The translations under genes and the position numbers were made by a program. From assembly GCA_030704615.1 (NCBI GenBank), contig CM060734.1:27714001-27778000 (forward strand): a stretch of DNA of 64,000 nucleotides, given 5' to 3'. The notes below the pieces were generated by a model that was not told where the DNA came from, made no database searches, and worked only from the letters and a program-made list of their open reading frames with translations. The DNA is from Takakia lepidozioides. Its lineage: Eukaryota > Plantae > Bryophyta. The stretch's first letter is position 1. The number at the start of each line of letters is the position of its first letter. This document shows positions 50,331 to 62,512 of the stretch, piece after piece.

Positions 50331-51257
50331 TAAAATCTATAAGTTAAATGTAAATTATTTTGGCATTAGTTGCTAGTTGGACGGCGTGCCATATTCACGA
50401 AGTCGAGTCACGGAGGCCGCCACCGTGGCGGAGACGGCTCACAGAGTCTATCGCCATTAGTGGTGACGGGCTCCATGGGTCGTCACCGTCACGGCGACGG
50501 ACTATGGAATATGGAATTCTTTGGGCGGGGACTGAGATGCTCATGGAGCCTGCCACCATGATTGGTAATGGGCTCCGTGCACCTTCACCGTCCACGGTGA
50601 CGGACGCCTTGAGCCGTCTCCGTGGGTTTGGTGAAACTATCCACTAATGTCGGGAAAAGAAATATATTCGACTTTTCAGCTGCCTGGCGACACCAACTTT
50701 TCTGATTTTTTTTTATTACAAATAATATGATGTACTATATGGAACACTATTTCGACGATGATGGGCACGGTGTCTCGGTGTCCGTCACCGTGGACGGTGA
50801 CGACCCATGGAGCCCGTCACAACTAACAGCGACGGACTTCGTGAGCTGTCTCCGCCACAGTGATTGCTTCCTAGGACCCCCTCTAAACCCAGTCCTCGAT
50901 TATGGGGCCTGCTTCTCCCTCCTCTCAACCCTTGGCTCACGCTTAGAGGGCAAAGCGTGAGCCCAGCTCCTGGGCTCGCGCGGCTGGGCTCACCTTTGAC
51001 CACGGCGACAACTTTGAAATCTTACATGTCTCCAAGCCCAACCCCGAAACTACATTCGGGTTCCTCAATCTAGCCATAGAGGATACGCGTACCCGTGTCA
51101 TGGAAATGGGCCTAAGGATCGATAACGTCCTCATTAAACCTCAAGTGCAGATCCAAAAGAAGAGCAGATCGGGGGCCAAGATAAGACCAGTCTCCGTGAA
51201 TGTGGCACAACTACCAAGTAATGCCAAAAATAATTTTCATTTAACTTATAGATTTTA
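50331..51257. mobile_element. MITE / non-autonomous TIR element with ~65 bp TIRs and an inner inverted repeat
   Basis: TAAAATCTATAAGTTAAATG.AAATTATTTTGGCATTA at the left end and its reverse complement ending at 51257; inner IR 50424-50502 vs 50780-50858; possible TA TSD. Confidence 0.82.
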
Positions 51258-51552
51258 AAGATTCATTTTTCTGTTGCCTAGTTACATGAGAATTACTGCA
51301 CAATGGGAACACAAGGAAAATAAAACAGTTCAATTTGACAACAAGCTCAAAGTCTTTTGCAAAAATGCATCAAGGTGCAGATGCAGAGCTTTCAGACTAT
51401 ACTGGATTCCCTGTGGAGCGATAGCTACAAGGTAGATGGAAGTAGAATACCCTCCTGTGGCACAAAGCTGCCAGATCTGCTAATGCTAACATAACATAAG
51501 CTTGACCACTGTGCATGGGAATTGCGGTGCAGTGGCAGCGACACAACAGTGT

Positions 51553-51642
51553 CTCGTCAGCATGTATGTTTAGTGCGGGAGCATTGTGGATGCACACGAA
51601 GTAATCAACAAAATGTCTAAACGAGATTTGATCACGTGGCAT
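51553..51642 (+). pseudogene. PPR motif fragment
   Basis: My translation is LVSMYV*CGSIVDAHEVINKMSKRDLITWH. Confidence 0.65.
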
Positions 51643-52179
51643 TCAGGTCTCAAAGAGGCCCTGTAACAGGTAGAAAGGATGAGCGCAGAGCAAGCTGCAT
51701 GTGCACTCGAGATTTAGAATCCAAGTTTTAGGTCACGTTGTGAAAGTCAGCTGTGGAGTGTCATTTTTTTGTTGTGAATTGCTCTTACTCCCGAGTTCCT
51801 CTTTTTGACTTTGTTTCTTTACAAGGAATGCCTGATGCTATGTGAGAGCACACACATATACACAGAACTGTGTCTTGTAAGCATACTGGCAAACAGAGAG
51901 GTATTGACTTGTCTGGCCCTAGGCCCATGTACAGCAAATGGGGCAGGGGTAGGGCATGGAGGCAGGGAGGGAAAAGAACATAATTTAGGCGATCACCATA
52001 CAGAATTGGGACCCATCTTCTCCATTCATGTGATTCAGCTTCCTTGAAGCATTTATTTGATCCAAACACTACCAAGATGTATACCAAAGGTAGGTCAGAT
52101 TTTTGGGCACTACTGAAGACATGGACAGCCAGGAAAGTGAAAATGAGAGAAAATTCCTGGAGAGAAATTGTGTTTTTTC

Positions 52180-52430
52180 ATAGCATGGAATTTTCTGTGA
52201 CTTCCATTGCAGTCAATACGGATGGTATTTGCAAATCCATGCAGGCTACCCCGCAGGCTTGTGAGGGTCTCTCTCGCAGACTCTACTGGCCAATCATGGA
52301 CTATCGCCCGGGCTGGGCACTGCAAGAGTGGACGTACCTTGAGAGGCGGCTGGAAGAAATTTGCATCCCATCACTACATGGAGGAGGGGGATGTCTGTGA
52401 AGTTTGAGCTCATCACCCCTAAAAAGCTGG
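52180..52430 (+). pseudogene. B3 DNA-binding domain fragment (REM-like)
   Basis: VSLADSTGQSWTI...TLRGGWKKFASHHYMEEGDVCE-[frameshift]-FELI matches the B3 consensus L.D..G..W.V...L..GW..F...L..GD.C.FEL. Confidence 0.68.
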
Positions 52431-52634
52431 CCTCTTGGTTTTCCCAGTTGAAAACCGGAATACTATGACGGATCCACTGATCCACGGACTACCTGGCACT
52501 GATCCACTGACTTGCTAAACTGAACTTTGGTTGGCTGTTATAAGTTGCAAGTATTCTAGGTTAAATCAGCTATGTCTCCCATGAAAGCATGTGATTAGCA
52601 TACGCATTTAATGAGGGTGGGTGGGTTGGCAGGA

Positions 52635-55600
52635 AAATCAGATGGTTGGAGATCTGGAATTCGGATCCTCTAGTGAGGGATACAAACATGTTCCCAACCC
52701 CAGAGAGGGACTCGAAAACACAAGCAATCAAACCTGTGAGCGACCACACATTTGTCTAGTGGCTTCACAAAGCAACATTCTAGAGCCAGGTGAGGCTGTT
52801 GGAAAACCATTCTCAGCTGAGTCATTGTTTTCTTGTTCTCTCTTCACTTCTCATTACCTTCTTCTTGCACCTGGAAAAACGAGCGGTGGCAGCACTGGGA
52901 GAGTCAATGAAAGACTACAAAATCACCATGGCCCAGCCCCGAATCACGCTGGAGTCCTATATCAGGAGATGGAAGGGGGCTGTGTGGAACAACTGCTTCT
53001 TCAGGGAGTTTGAAAGGGACAAAGGGATTATGAGGTCGAACTAATTCAAAAACCAGTACAATAGTGAGCAAGCAATGAAGCGAGTCTTGTACATGTACAG
53101 ACCCCGCAATATGCAGTGGATTGAAAGGTTGTGTCAACGCAAGGTTGATTGTTGGTTGCCCTGGACAAGATTTCGTTTCATTTCATCTCAATTGAATAGG
53201 AACTTGGTCTAACGTGAGGCAGTTTTGATTTCACTTTATGTTTTCTCTTATCAACCTTGCATCAACGCAAGGTTGGATTCCGGTTGCCTTGGTGAGTATT
53301 TCATGATATTATTTCATGTGAACTTGAATGAATTTGTACTTCGTTTCCTGTGAAGCTAGTGTGACTTCACATCTATGGTGCCGCCAATCAACGTTGCGTC
53401 AATGCAAGGTTGATTGCGGCTGTGGAATTTCCATGCGAGGGTCTATTTTCATGAAAGGTGTAGATGCAGGGTAGTTGTAGGTTGTAGCTTCAGGGTTCGT
53501 TTCTAGGTGACCGTTTGCTTTGATAGGTGTGTTTGTAAGCAGTAATCAACCTTGCATCAACGCAAGGTTGAATCTGGCTGAGAACTGATCGTTTCAGGGG
53601 TTATTTTCCAGCTTTCAGTACATTCGTTTACAGGCTCAAATGTATCTTGCGTCAACGCAAGGTTGTTTACCGTTTGGCTGTGTATGTATTTGCACAGATT
53701 AGACTTCACATTTGTGGTGCCGCCAATCAACCTTGCGTCAACACAAGGTTGATTGCGGGTGTGGAATTTCCATGCGAGGGTTTGTGGTCATGGAGTTATA
53801 GGTCAGATGTAGGGTTCGTTTCCAGGTGAACGTTTGTTTTTCTAAGTGTGTTTCTAAGCACTAATCAACCTTGTGTCAACGCAAGGTTGATTCTGGCTGA
53901 GAAATGATCGTTTCAGGGATTTATTTTCAGCTTTCAGTATATTCGTTTACACTCTCAAATGTACCTTGTTGACACACAAGGTTTGTTTACCGTTAGGCTG
54001 AGTGTGTTTTTGCACAGGTTAGACCTCTCCTGTGGTCAACCCTTGTGCTGCAGAGGTGTTTGTATTTACTTGTTTTGGAATGATCATCTGTGTTTTTGGG
54101 GTGTGTGGTTCAGGTACATGTATCATGTCCTCATTCCGGGAAAGTACCTGAGCGATGACCCTGACTTCATCTACACATGGGCGGACCCCTCAAATGAGAA
54201 GACAATGTATACGGCTGGAATTGCCAAAGACTAGAGTAGGGCGCACTTCAGAGACTACGGGTGGTACCTTGATCTGCCCAAACAAGACACACTATTCGAT
54301 GAGGTGGTGTTGAGGAACCTGAACGACAACGCCGCGGCACTTGCCCCGCGCACTGTCAAAGACATTCAGGAGAGAATCATTCAAGCTCTGAACGCAAAAG
54401 AGCCTGAGACATCGTCCACTCCAAAACGGAAGGGGAAGAATGCAGGGGAGGGGAAGGGGAAGGGGAAGGGGAAGGGGAAGAATGCAACTGGGCAGGAACA
54501 GGTGGCGCAGCAGCCTGCTGACCAGCAGCCTTCTCCGACACAAAAGGAGAAGAGAACCCCAAAAACGAAGGAACAGCCTTTCGAGGCGAGAGAGCATCCT
54601 TCTCGGGTTTTGGGTCAGTACCAGAGCAAGGTGGTGGATGAAAGCTTCTTGGCAATGATGGAATCCAGAAAGTCCACATTCAAAGGGGAGAAATCAAAAG
54701 CATGGGACGTCCTGGTTTCTTTCTTGACCCAGGTAACCACACATCTCTTTACTATTGCTTAAATGTTTTGGTTTTACCAATGGTTTCGATTTTGAGGCTA
54801 CCTTTGACACTTTGTTTTGTTTTGTGGCCCAGGTCACAAAAAGGCCTGAGTGGGTGAATGGAAGCCAGCAGGCGTACGCGACTGACCTTGTGGTGCTTGA
54901 CATTCCGGACGGTTTTCCTGTCCCTGATGTTGTCCCTTCAAATGCAACCCCTACCTGGAACAAATCAGATGTCTGTTTCTGGCAATGGGTTTTCTCGTTC
55001 AGTAACAAATTCCTTTCTGACGCAGGGGCTCTCCTTCTCATGCAGGCAAAGGACATGTTGGCACGCAGAACTCTTTTCAGCTACATGAAATCTTCCGGGT
55101 TTCGAGTCATCAAAACTTGGACATGCATCAACACCCTACCTCTGACAAAGGGAGAGTTCCCAGGGCAGAGGGTGAGTTGTTCTCTAACAATGACACTTTT
55201 GGTGTTTTCACTGATCCATTCAAATATTTGGGTTTTACTTCTAAAACTGACTCTCTGGGGTTTTCTGGCAGACTTGGGTGTTCGAGGCTTTGTGCTTGGT
55301 GAGGTTGCGTAAGGACACCCTTCCTCCTGGGATTCTTGAGTTCCAGTTGAGGGACCTTGCAGCTCACATCGACCCCACCTGTGAACCTGTGGAGGACGAT
55401 GTGGTCTTCAATTACGTGGACTCCGGGCGCACTTTGAAAAGGTCGAATAGTGTCCTTTGGAGAGGTGCTCAGGGGAAATCCCCAGTTTTCATGCAGACTC
55501 TGGTGGAGACATGCAGCCGGCACGGTGGGCGGGTGGTGGACTTGTCTATGGGCACAGGTGGGGCTCTAAACTTGTTTCTGAAATCTGAACTATGAGAGCT

Positions 55601-56231
55601 TCAATTTGTTTTTGTGGACCCTGTTTCACCTTTTCGTTAATGTTGGGTTTGCAGGAGCATCTTTCCATGCCTGCAAAAGCGCCGATAGGCACTTCTTTGG
55701 CATGGAGGGGGATGCAAAGCTCTTTTCTAGTGAGCTTGAACAACTTGCATCAGGCTCAACATCAGCCCCCCGCATGGAGGCAGTTTTCGAGGAGGCCAAC
55801 GTTCCTAACAAAGATCTGGACGTGGACTCTGATTTTGAGTGTGAGTAAGTTGTGTTTGTTGTCATGCAATCGGGTATTGCATTTTGAACATTGCTTCTTT
55901 CCCACCGTGATTCCAATGATTCCTTCAATTACAAATCTCGCAATTGTGACTTCTAATACGATTCCGGTTGGTCCGTTTCAGAGTGCAGCATCAATCATCG
56001 GCGACATCCTTTGGTTTCCAAGGATACAACTTGACTCCAAGTCCGCTCCGTGGTTACCACTTGCGGCATGTTTACGCGGAGGCATGCGCACGTGTGTTGT
56101 CCCAGCAATCGGCCTTTTCGCCTCTCTACGGGGGGCTTGGCAGAAAACAACGTGGCAGTCAGGCTAGCGTATATGTAGATGACATTGCTACCGTGTCTGG
56201 AAGTAGTTCCAATGGAACCTCGGGTAGTTGA
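52635..56231 (+). pseudogene. ParB-MTase-like gene, copy 2 (5'-truncated, lacks the ParB part)
   Basis: KIRWLEIWNSDP at 52635. Exons 54114-54732, 54833-55171 (TDLVVLDIPDG..PTWN..FLSDAGALLL), 55272-55557 (GKSPVFMQTLVETCSRHGGRVVDLSMGTG), 55655-~55840 (ASFHACKSADRHFFGMEGD) and 55982-56231, with GT-AG boundaries. Several TAG stops. Confidence 0.82.
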
Positions 56232-59200
56232 TGGGGTTGGTGGAGACTAGCTTAATAAATGGTGTTTTGCATTACAAGTGTTGCCACCCTGTTCTGCTAC
56301 CATGTTTTTACACATACCGCAAAGCAGCTTTAGGGATTTCCTGGTGTATGTCTGGAGATTGCCAATCATTGAAAAGTGGATGTACATTGGGGGGAAGGAA
56401 CTTCATTAAAACATGGGATTGCTAGTCCGTGAGCGGGAAGATGCGTGAGCGAGAAGATGCCAATCCGTGAGCGGAAAGATACTCACGCCAGAGGGTGTAG
56501 GGGCCCACATCCGCGGACGGTGATAACCCAGGGGACCTATTCCCGTGGGAACGAGTGAAAATGTAATGCGTACCTGGATGTGAAGCTGGATGAACGTTGG
56601 ATGAATGGTGGATGGATGAAAAATATTGGATGGATGATGGATGAATGTTGGTTGGATGTTACATGCATGATGGCTGAGTGTGGGGCGAATGATGGATGAT
56701 ATATGCTGGAACACTGGATGAATGACGGAGTGACAAATTTGGAATGGTAGAATTTCGGATAGTTGATGGATGGACATATGTTTTGGATGCATGAACAATT
56801 TACGTGCGTATGTGTAAAGACTGGAAGTATTGTGGACCCACACAGATTGTATGAATGGACTTGCAAGTGAAGATGAAAAATTTTATGTCCAGAAAATGTC
56901 TTATGTAGACAATGTTGGGAAGGGAGGCACGCAGTTGACGCAAGAGAAGCAATCTCCTCACAGTTGATTCCCTAGATATTCCTAAACAGGTGGAACCAAT
57001 CAGAAAATGTCTATGCACTGGAACTGGTGGTAGCACCGGACTCCGATGCACTAATGTCCATAAAGATCCTAGCCCTGTTGTCCACCTTTTCTACACGATT
57101 GAAGCAAACTAGAGGGGGAGAGTCGCAGAGAGTAAACTTCCTAGCGGCAGCCTCCGCATAGCATGGCAACTGTAGGGGGGCAGGTAGGCTCGGGAAAAAT
57201 TCCGGGATAGCAAAGAAAAGGATGCTTCTCCTCGTTTTTGGTGTCCTGCAAAGATTCCCAAAGTTGCAAGACCAATAAGCAGAAAGACAGGACCGCGGAA
57301 GGGAAATGCTTTGTGACAAAAATGAAGGTCTCAATAATGAAAAATCCGACATGTCATCCAAAACAAACCGGACTTACGTACACTCAAAGTCGGAGTCCAC
57401 GTCGAGGTCTTCATCTGGAAGTTCCCGCTCGTCGAAAACTGTTTCTTTGTGTGGGGCTGATGTTGAGCCGGAGGTGAGTTGTTGAATCTCGCATAAAAAC
57501 AGCTCCGCATCCCCTCCATGCCGAAGAAGTGTCTACCGGCGCTCTTACAGGCATGGAATGTTGCACCTGAAAATGCATAGAACGAATGGTTAAAAAACCA
57601 CGAATCATTACAAAATTCAAGATCATAGATAAGGTAGAGCAGGAGACTTGATAGGGCACACCTGTTCCCAAAGACAAGTCCACCACCCGCCCCCCATACC
57701 GGCTGCAAGTCTCCACCAGAGTCTGCATGAATGTTGGAGATTTCTCCCGAGCACCTCTCCAAGGGACACCATTTGTCCTTTTCAAGGTCCGCCCGGAGTC
57801 CACGTAATTGTACAAGACATCGTCCCCCACAGGCTCGCAGGTGGGGTTGATGTGTGCTGCAAGGTCTCTCAACTGGAACTCCGCAATACCAGGAGGGAGG
57901 GTGTCCTTTTGTATCCTCACCAAGCATAAAGTCTTGAACACCCGAGTCTGCATGCCCCCCCCCCCAAAAAATTCAGTTTTCGAACATGCTTAATGAACTC
58001 AACTGAATGAAATTACAAGAAGAGGCAGTCCACCATCCTGAACTCACCCTCTGTCTTGGGAACTCTCCCTTGGAAAGTGGAAGAGTGTTGATACATGTCC
58101 ATGTTTTTATGACCTTAAATCCGGAAGCCTTCATGTAACTGAAAAGGGTTCTGCGCGCCAGCATGTCTTTTGCCTGCAAAAGAAGAAGTGCTCCTGCATC
58201 AGACAAAATTTGTTGCTGAAGGAAAAAACCCACTGCCAGAAAAAGGCATCTGACTTGTTCCACGATGGCGTTGTGTTGGATGGGAGAACATCCGGCACAG
58301 GCAAACCATCTGGAATGCCCAGGACCACCAGGTCTGTTGCGTACGCTTGCTTGCTTCCATTCACCCATTCAGGATTTTGGTGACCTGTTTCACATAACAA
58401 AAACAGTAGACTAATTAGGAGCATAACACAATCTTGAACAAAGTGAAAAACACACCAGGCAAAGTTTTGTGTGGGCACCTTTGTGAGGAAAGAAACCAAG
58501 ATGTCCCAAGTCTTCGATTTCTCTCCTTTGAATGTGGATTTTCAAGATTCCATCATTGCCAAGAAGCTCTCGTTAATCACCTCACTTTCAGACTGACCCA
58601 AAACCTGAGAAGGGTGCTCTCTGGCCTCGTAAGGCTGTTCTTTAGTTTTCGGAGTTCTCATGTCCTTGCGAGTTGGAGAGGGTTGACGCTCCGTGGTGTC
58701 CTGCATAGCCTATTCCTGCCCAGCCACAATCTTCCCCTTCCCCTTCCCATCACCTGCGCCCTTCCCTTTGCGTTTGGGAGTGCTACTTTTCTCCGGCTCC
58801 TTTACTGCGAGGGATTGAATTATTCTCTCTTGAATTTCCTTGTCACTGAGTGGTGCAAGAGCTGCTGCATTGTCATTGAAGTTGCGCATGACCACCTCCT
58901 CGAATGGTGTGTCCTGTTTAGGCAAGTCCAGGTACCAGCCACAGTCTCTGAAGTGCGTCCTGCCCCAGTCCTTCGCAATTCCCGCAGTGTACATTGTCTT
59001 GTCCTTAGTGGGGTCCGCCCACATGAAAATGAAATCCGGCTCATCACTAAGGTACTTGCCGGGAATAAGGACATGGTATATATACCTGGAAAACACACCC
59101 AAAAGAACAATTTCATGAAGGCCATAGTCCATCAGACACAAAGGAAGCAGGAAAAACACAGTACCTCGATCAACCTTGCGTTGACGCAAGGTTGTTTGAG

Positions 59201-61420
59201 CCATCCCAACGAATTGTCAAAACCAACAATGAAAACACAAAATTGGTCTATTATGAGCAATGAACAACCTTGCGTCAACGCAAGGCTGAACAAAGCATTA
59301 TAGTACAACTTAAATGTGTAGATAAAATCAAGCCTCAATTAACCTTGCGTTAACGCAAGGTTGAAATGAGTCTGTAAAATGAATATTGAGAAGCAGAATT
59401 TGAAACGAAGAGACAATGGAGAAGAAAACAACGAACGGAAAATGTACTTCTACATGCAGAGAAATCTCAAAAAATACTGTTCCACTGGACCTGCATCCAA
59501 CCTTGCGTCAACGCAAGGTTGGGACATGCCTGGAGATGTAGCATACAACAAACAGGGATATGTTCATGAAGTGCAGAACCATCAGCCCGAATCAACCTTG
59601 CGTTGACGCAAGGTTAAATTGCGACTAAAAAAGGAACGACAGACGATCAGAATAGCCTCACATTGGCAGTCCCAAACCAACCTTGCAACAACGTAAGATT
59701 GATTCGAGGAAGAAAAATGCAACCACGAAAAACCACACTGAACAAACATGATACCTGTACAAGACTCGCTTCATAGCTTGCTCGCTATTGTACTGATTCT
59801 TGAACTCATTTGACCTGGAAATGCCTTTGTCTCTTTCAAATTCCCTGAAGAAACAGTTGTTCCAAATTGCACCTTTCCATCTCCGAATGTATTGCTCAAG
59901 AGAGATTCTGGATGTTGTCATGGTGATTTTGTAGTTAGTCAAGGACTCTCCCAGTGTTGTCATAGCATGCTTCTCCAGCTGTCCCAACAAGGTAAATGTG
60001 AGGCTACGGAGCCAAACAACACGGAATTTTTATCACATTGGTTTTGGGGTCTTTCTCTGTTCTTGGAAACCCACACGTGTCCTTCACCAGAGGATCCGAG
60101 TTCCAAATCTCCAACCATCTGATTTTGGTTGCGGTGTCCACCATTGAAATGGACAGGCGATGCAGTTTCTCTTGAGTCATTTTGGGTTTAGTTCCATACT
60201 TGTCGTAGTGCACTTTCACCTGCTCCAGGAACTCTGAGCCGAGACCGGGATCTGCAATGCGGATTTGTTTGTCAAACGCACTCAGCAGGTTCTTTCTGTG
60301 GTTATCCATCTCAAGTTTCCTTATGTCATTTCTGAGTGCTGGCCGGACAGCGGGCATCGATATCATTCTGCACAGTGGGATAAGGAGATCTCCACAAGGA
60401 ATTTCCATTGACAGGATTACCTTTGAAGAGTTCACCTTCTGTCCCTCGATAACAGCCTCTGCTCTGTCTGCGTAATGTTCGTCATCGCCTTCTTCATCAT
60501 CTTCATACTCTGCCTCTGCTCCGTCTCAGGTAGGTTCTTTCATTTTCCTTTTCCTCTGCAAAAAACTGGAAGATCTATCAGTCACGAAGTCTGGTATTAA
60601 ACACAATGACAGCAAAACATGCAGTGACATGGCCCAGCCGTGCGACAAATCAAAATGACACTGGACTGCAGCCCAAATCAACCTTGCGTTGATGCAAGGT
60701 TGTTTGTGGGGCTTGCAACGGTGGGAATGGAGGAAAATACAGACTTCGACAGGAGTCCCAGACTACCTTGCGTCAACGCAAGGTTGTTTGGTGACCTTCA
60801 AACGTTGAAAAAGTAGATGAAAACGACACTGGACTGCAGCCCAAATCAACCTTGCATTGATGCAAGGTTGTTTGTGGGGCTTGCAATGGTGGGAGTGTAG
60901 GAAAAAGAGGCATTGGCAGGACTCTCAAACTACCTTGCGTCAATGCAAGGTAGTTTGATGAGCTTCAACCGTTCAAAAAAAAAAGATCAAAATGACACTG
61001 GACTGCAGCCCAAATCAACCTTGCGTTGACGCAAGGTTGTTTGTGGGGCTGGCAACTGTGGGAGTGAAGGCAAAAAGAGACATTCGCAGGACTCTCAAAC
61101 TACCTTGCGTCAACGCATGGTTTTTGATGAGCTTCAACCGTTCAAAAAAAGTACATCAAAAGGACACTGGACTGCAGCCCAAATCAACCTTGCGTTGTCG
61201 CAAGGTTGTTTGTGGGGCTTGCAACTGTGGGAGTGAAGGCAAAAACAGACATTGGCAGGACTCTCAAAACAACGCAAGGTTATTTTGTGAGATTCTAACG
61301 TCAAAAGAAAGGAGAACCATGACACTCAATTCGGACCGAAATCAATCATTCAAAGGGCAGAGTTCGTTTCGGATGTCTGTGTCTGTCACCTGAATCAACC
61401 TTGCGTTGACGCAAGGTTGA
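53125..61420. repeat. Dispersed 22-bp palindrome AACCTTGCGTYRACGCAAGGTT, about 22 copies, confined to the large introns of copies 2 and 3
   Basis: Clusters at 53125-54045, 59172-59700 and 60680-61418; partly embedded in tandem units (~170 bp x ~3.6 at 60657-61280; ~330 bp x 2 at 53365-53995). Confidence 0.92.
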
Positions 61421-61930
61421 TTGGGATCTATCATACAGACTAAATCTCTTCTGTCGTTGAGAAACAAAGGCAAATGGAATGTCAAACATACCTCGGCTTG
61501 CTTCTTTGCAGCGCTCAAAGATGCACCTCCTGTCTGACTCGTCTCCTTCAATTCGTGTGGGAGGACAGGTCCCAGAAGATTGGGCTGGTGGGTGACAAAA
61601 CCACGCACTTCATCCTCCAGTGTCTCTTCCATTATGCGGACTACCTGAGACTGTTGTTGGAGGCGGGTCCAGGGTTCCTTCTCTCCGCCCTCATAAGATT
61701 TTAGCTCGCTGGGCTCCTTCTCCACTGCGGGTAAACCCTCTGGAGACTGTCGCGCAACTGCTCCTCCGGCCTCTCCCTCCCCAGTGTCCTCCCCCAACAT
61801 GAGTTCCCTTCGGATCTTTTTCATTCTCTCCTTCACCCGTAGCCTTTGTTTGTTAGATGTGAAGTACAGAGTTTGGCGGCGCCTTCTTCTAGGTTGAGAG
61901 GGAGTCTCGCTATCGACAGGATCCAGGATT
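57011..61930 (-). pseudogene. ParB-MTase-like gene, copy 3 (internal deletion removes the ParB core)
   Basis: IPLCRMISMPAVRPALRNDIRKLEMD (60380-60303); KPKMTQEKLHRL..KIRWLEIWNSDP; TDLVVLGIPDG..PSWN; WRGAREKSPTFMQTLVETCSRYGGRVVDLSLGTG; HACKSAGRHFFGMEG. Intron positions are shared with copy 2. Confidence 0.82.
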
Positions 61931-62512
61931 GCAGCTAGGGAGGAAAAAAGTGGTGCGAGAAAGAGGGAGTGCACTTGCCTCTCCCCCGCCCCTACTGTGC
62001 CAAGATGCCAGCTTCGTGGAGAAGCGGTGGGGTGGCGTGGAGCATCTGCATGCAAGACACGTCATCCCTGAACAGTCCAGAGTCGCGCTAAAATAAGGTT
62101 GTTTTAAAACTTGCGTACGCGCCTAGTGGAATTTTTGGTTGTCGCTTCAAATCTTGACGGGTAAAACAATTACATCCTAGCTGCTTTTCATCTACAGTTA
62201 TGACACATCACTTCTTAAGATAGAATGAACGGGTGGCTGGACGGTTGGTGTCTGTAAAAAACCGTTGGATACAGGCAGTTAATGATTACATAGGATACCT
62301 TGTCAGATAGGTAATGTGGATGGATGAGGATAGATGGCCTGGTGCACAGTGGAATGAAAACTGCTCATCCTGCTAGCCATGCATCGACGGTGTCATTCCT
62401 ATCAGGGCGCTTCGATCAGGTTGTTTGATGCTATCCACAGACGTACGGATCGTTGCTCCAGTGCTGGCACACTTTGTTGGACACTGTTCCCGTACTCTTC
62501 TCTGCTTTGCGA

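Noticed and set aside
58434-59303. 289-aa plus-strand ORF
   Set aside because: Antisense to exons and introns of MTase copy 3; no independent coding signal.
59172-61420. Regularly spaced palindromes resembling a CRISPR array
   Set aside because: Spacers are irregular or themselves repeated, the repeats lie in spliceosomal introns, there are no cas genes, and the context is eukaryotic.
38985-61930. Bacterial or phage contamination as the source of the ParB-MTase genes
   Set aside because: The genes have GT-AG introns at shared positions, occur in three diverged copies and are interleaved with plant TEs.
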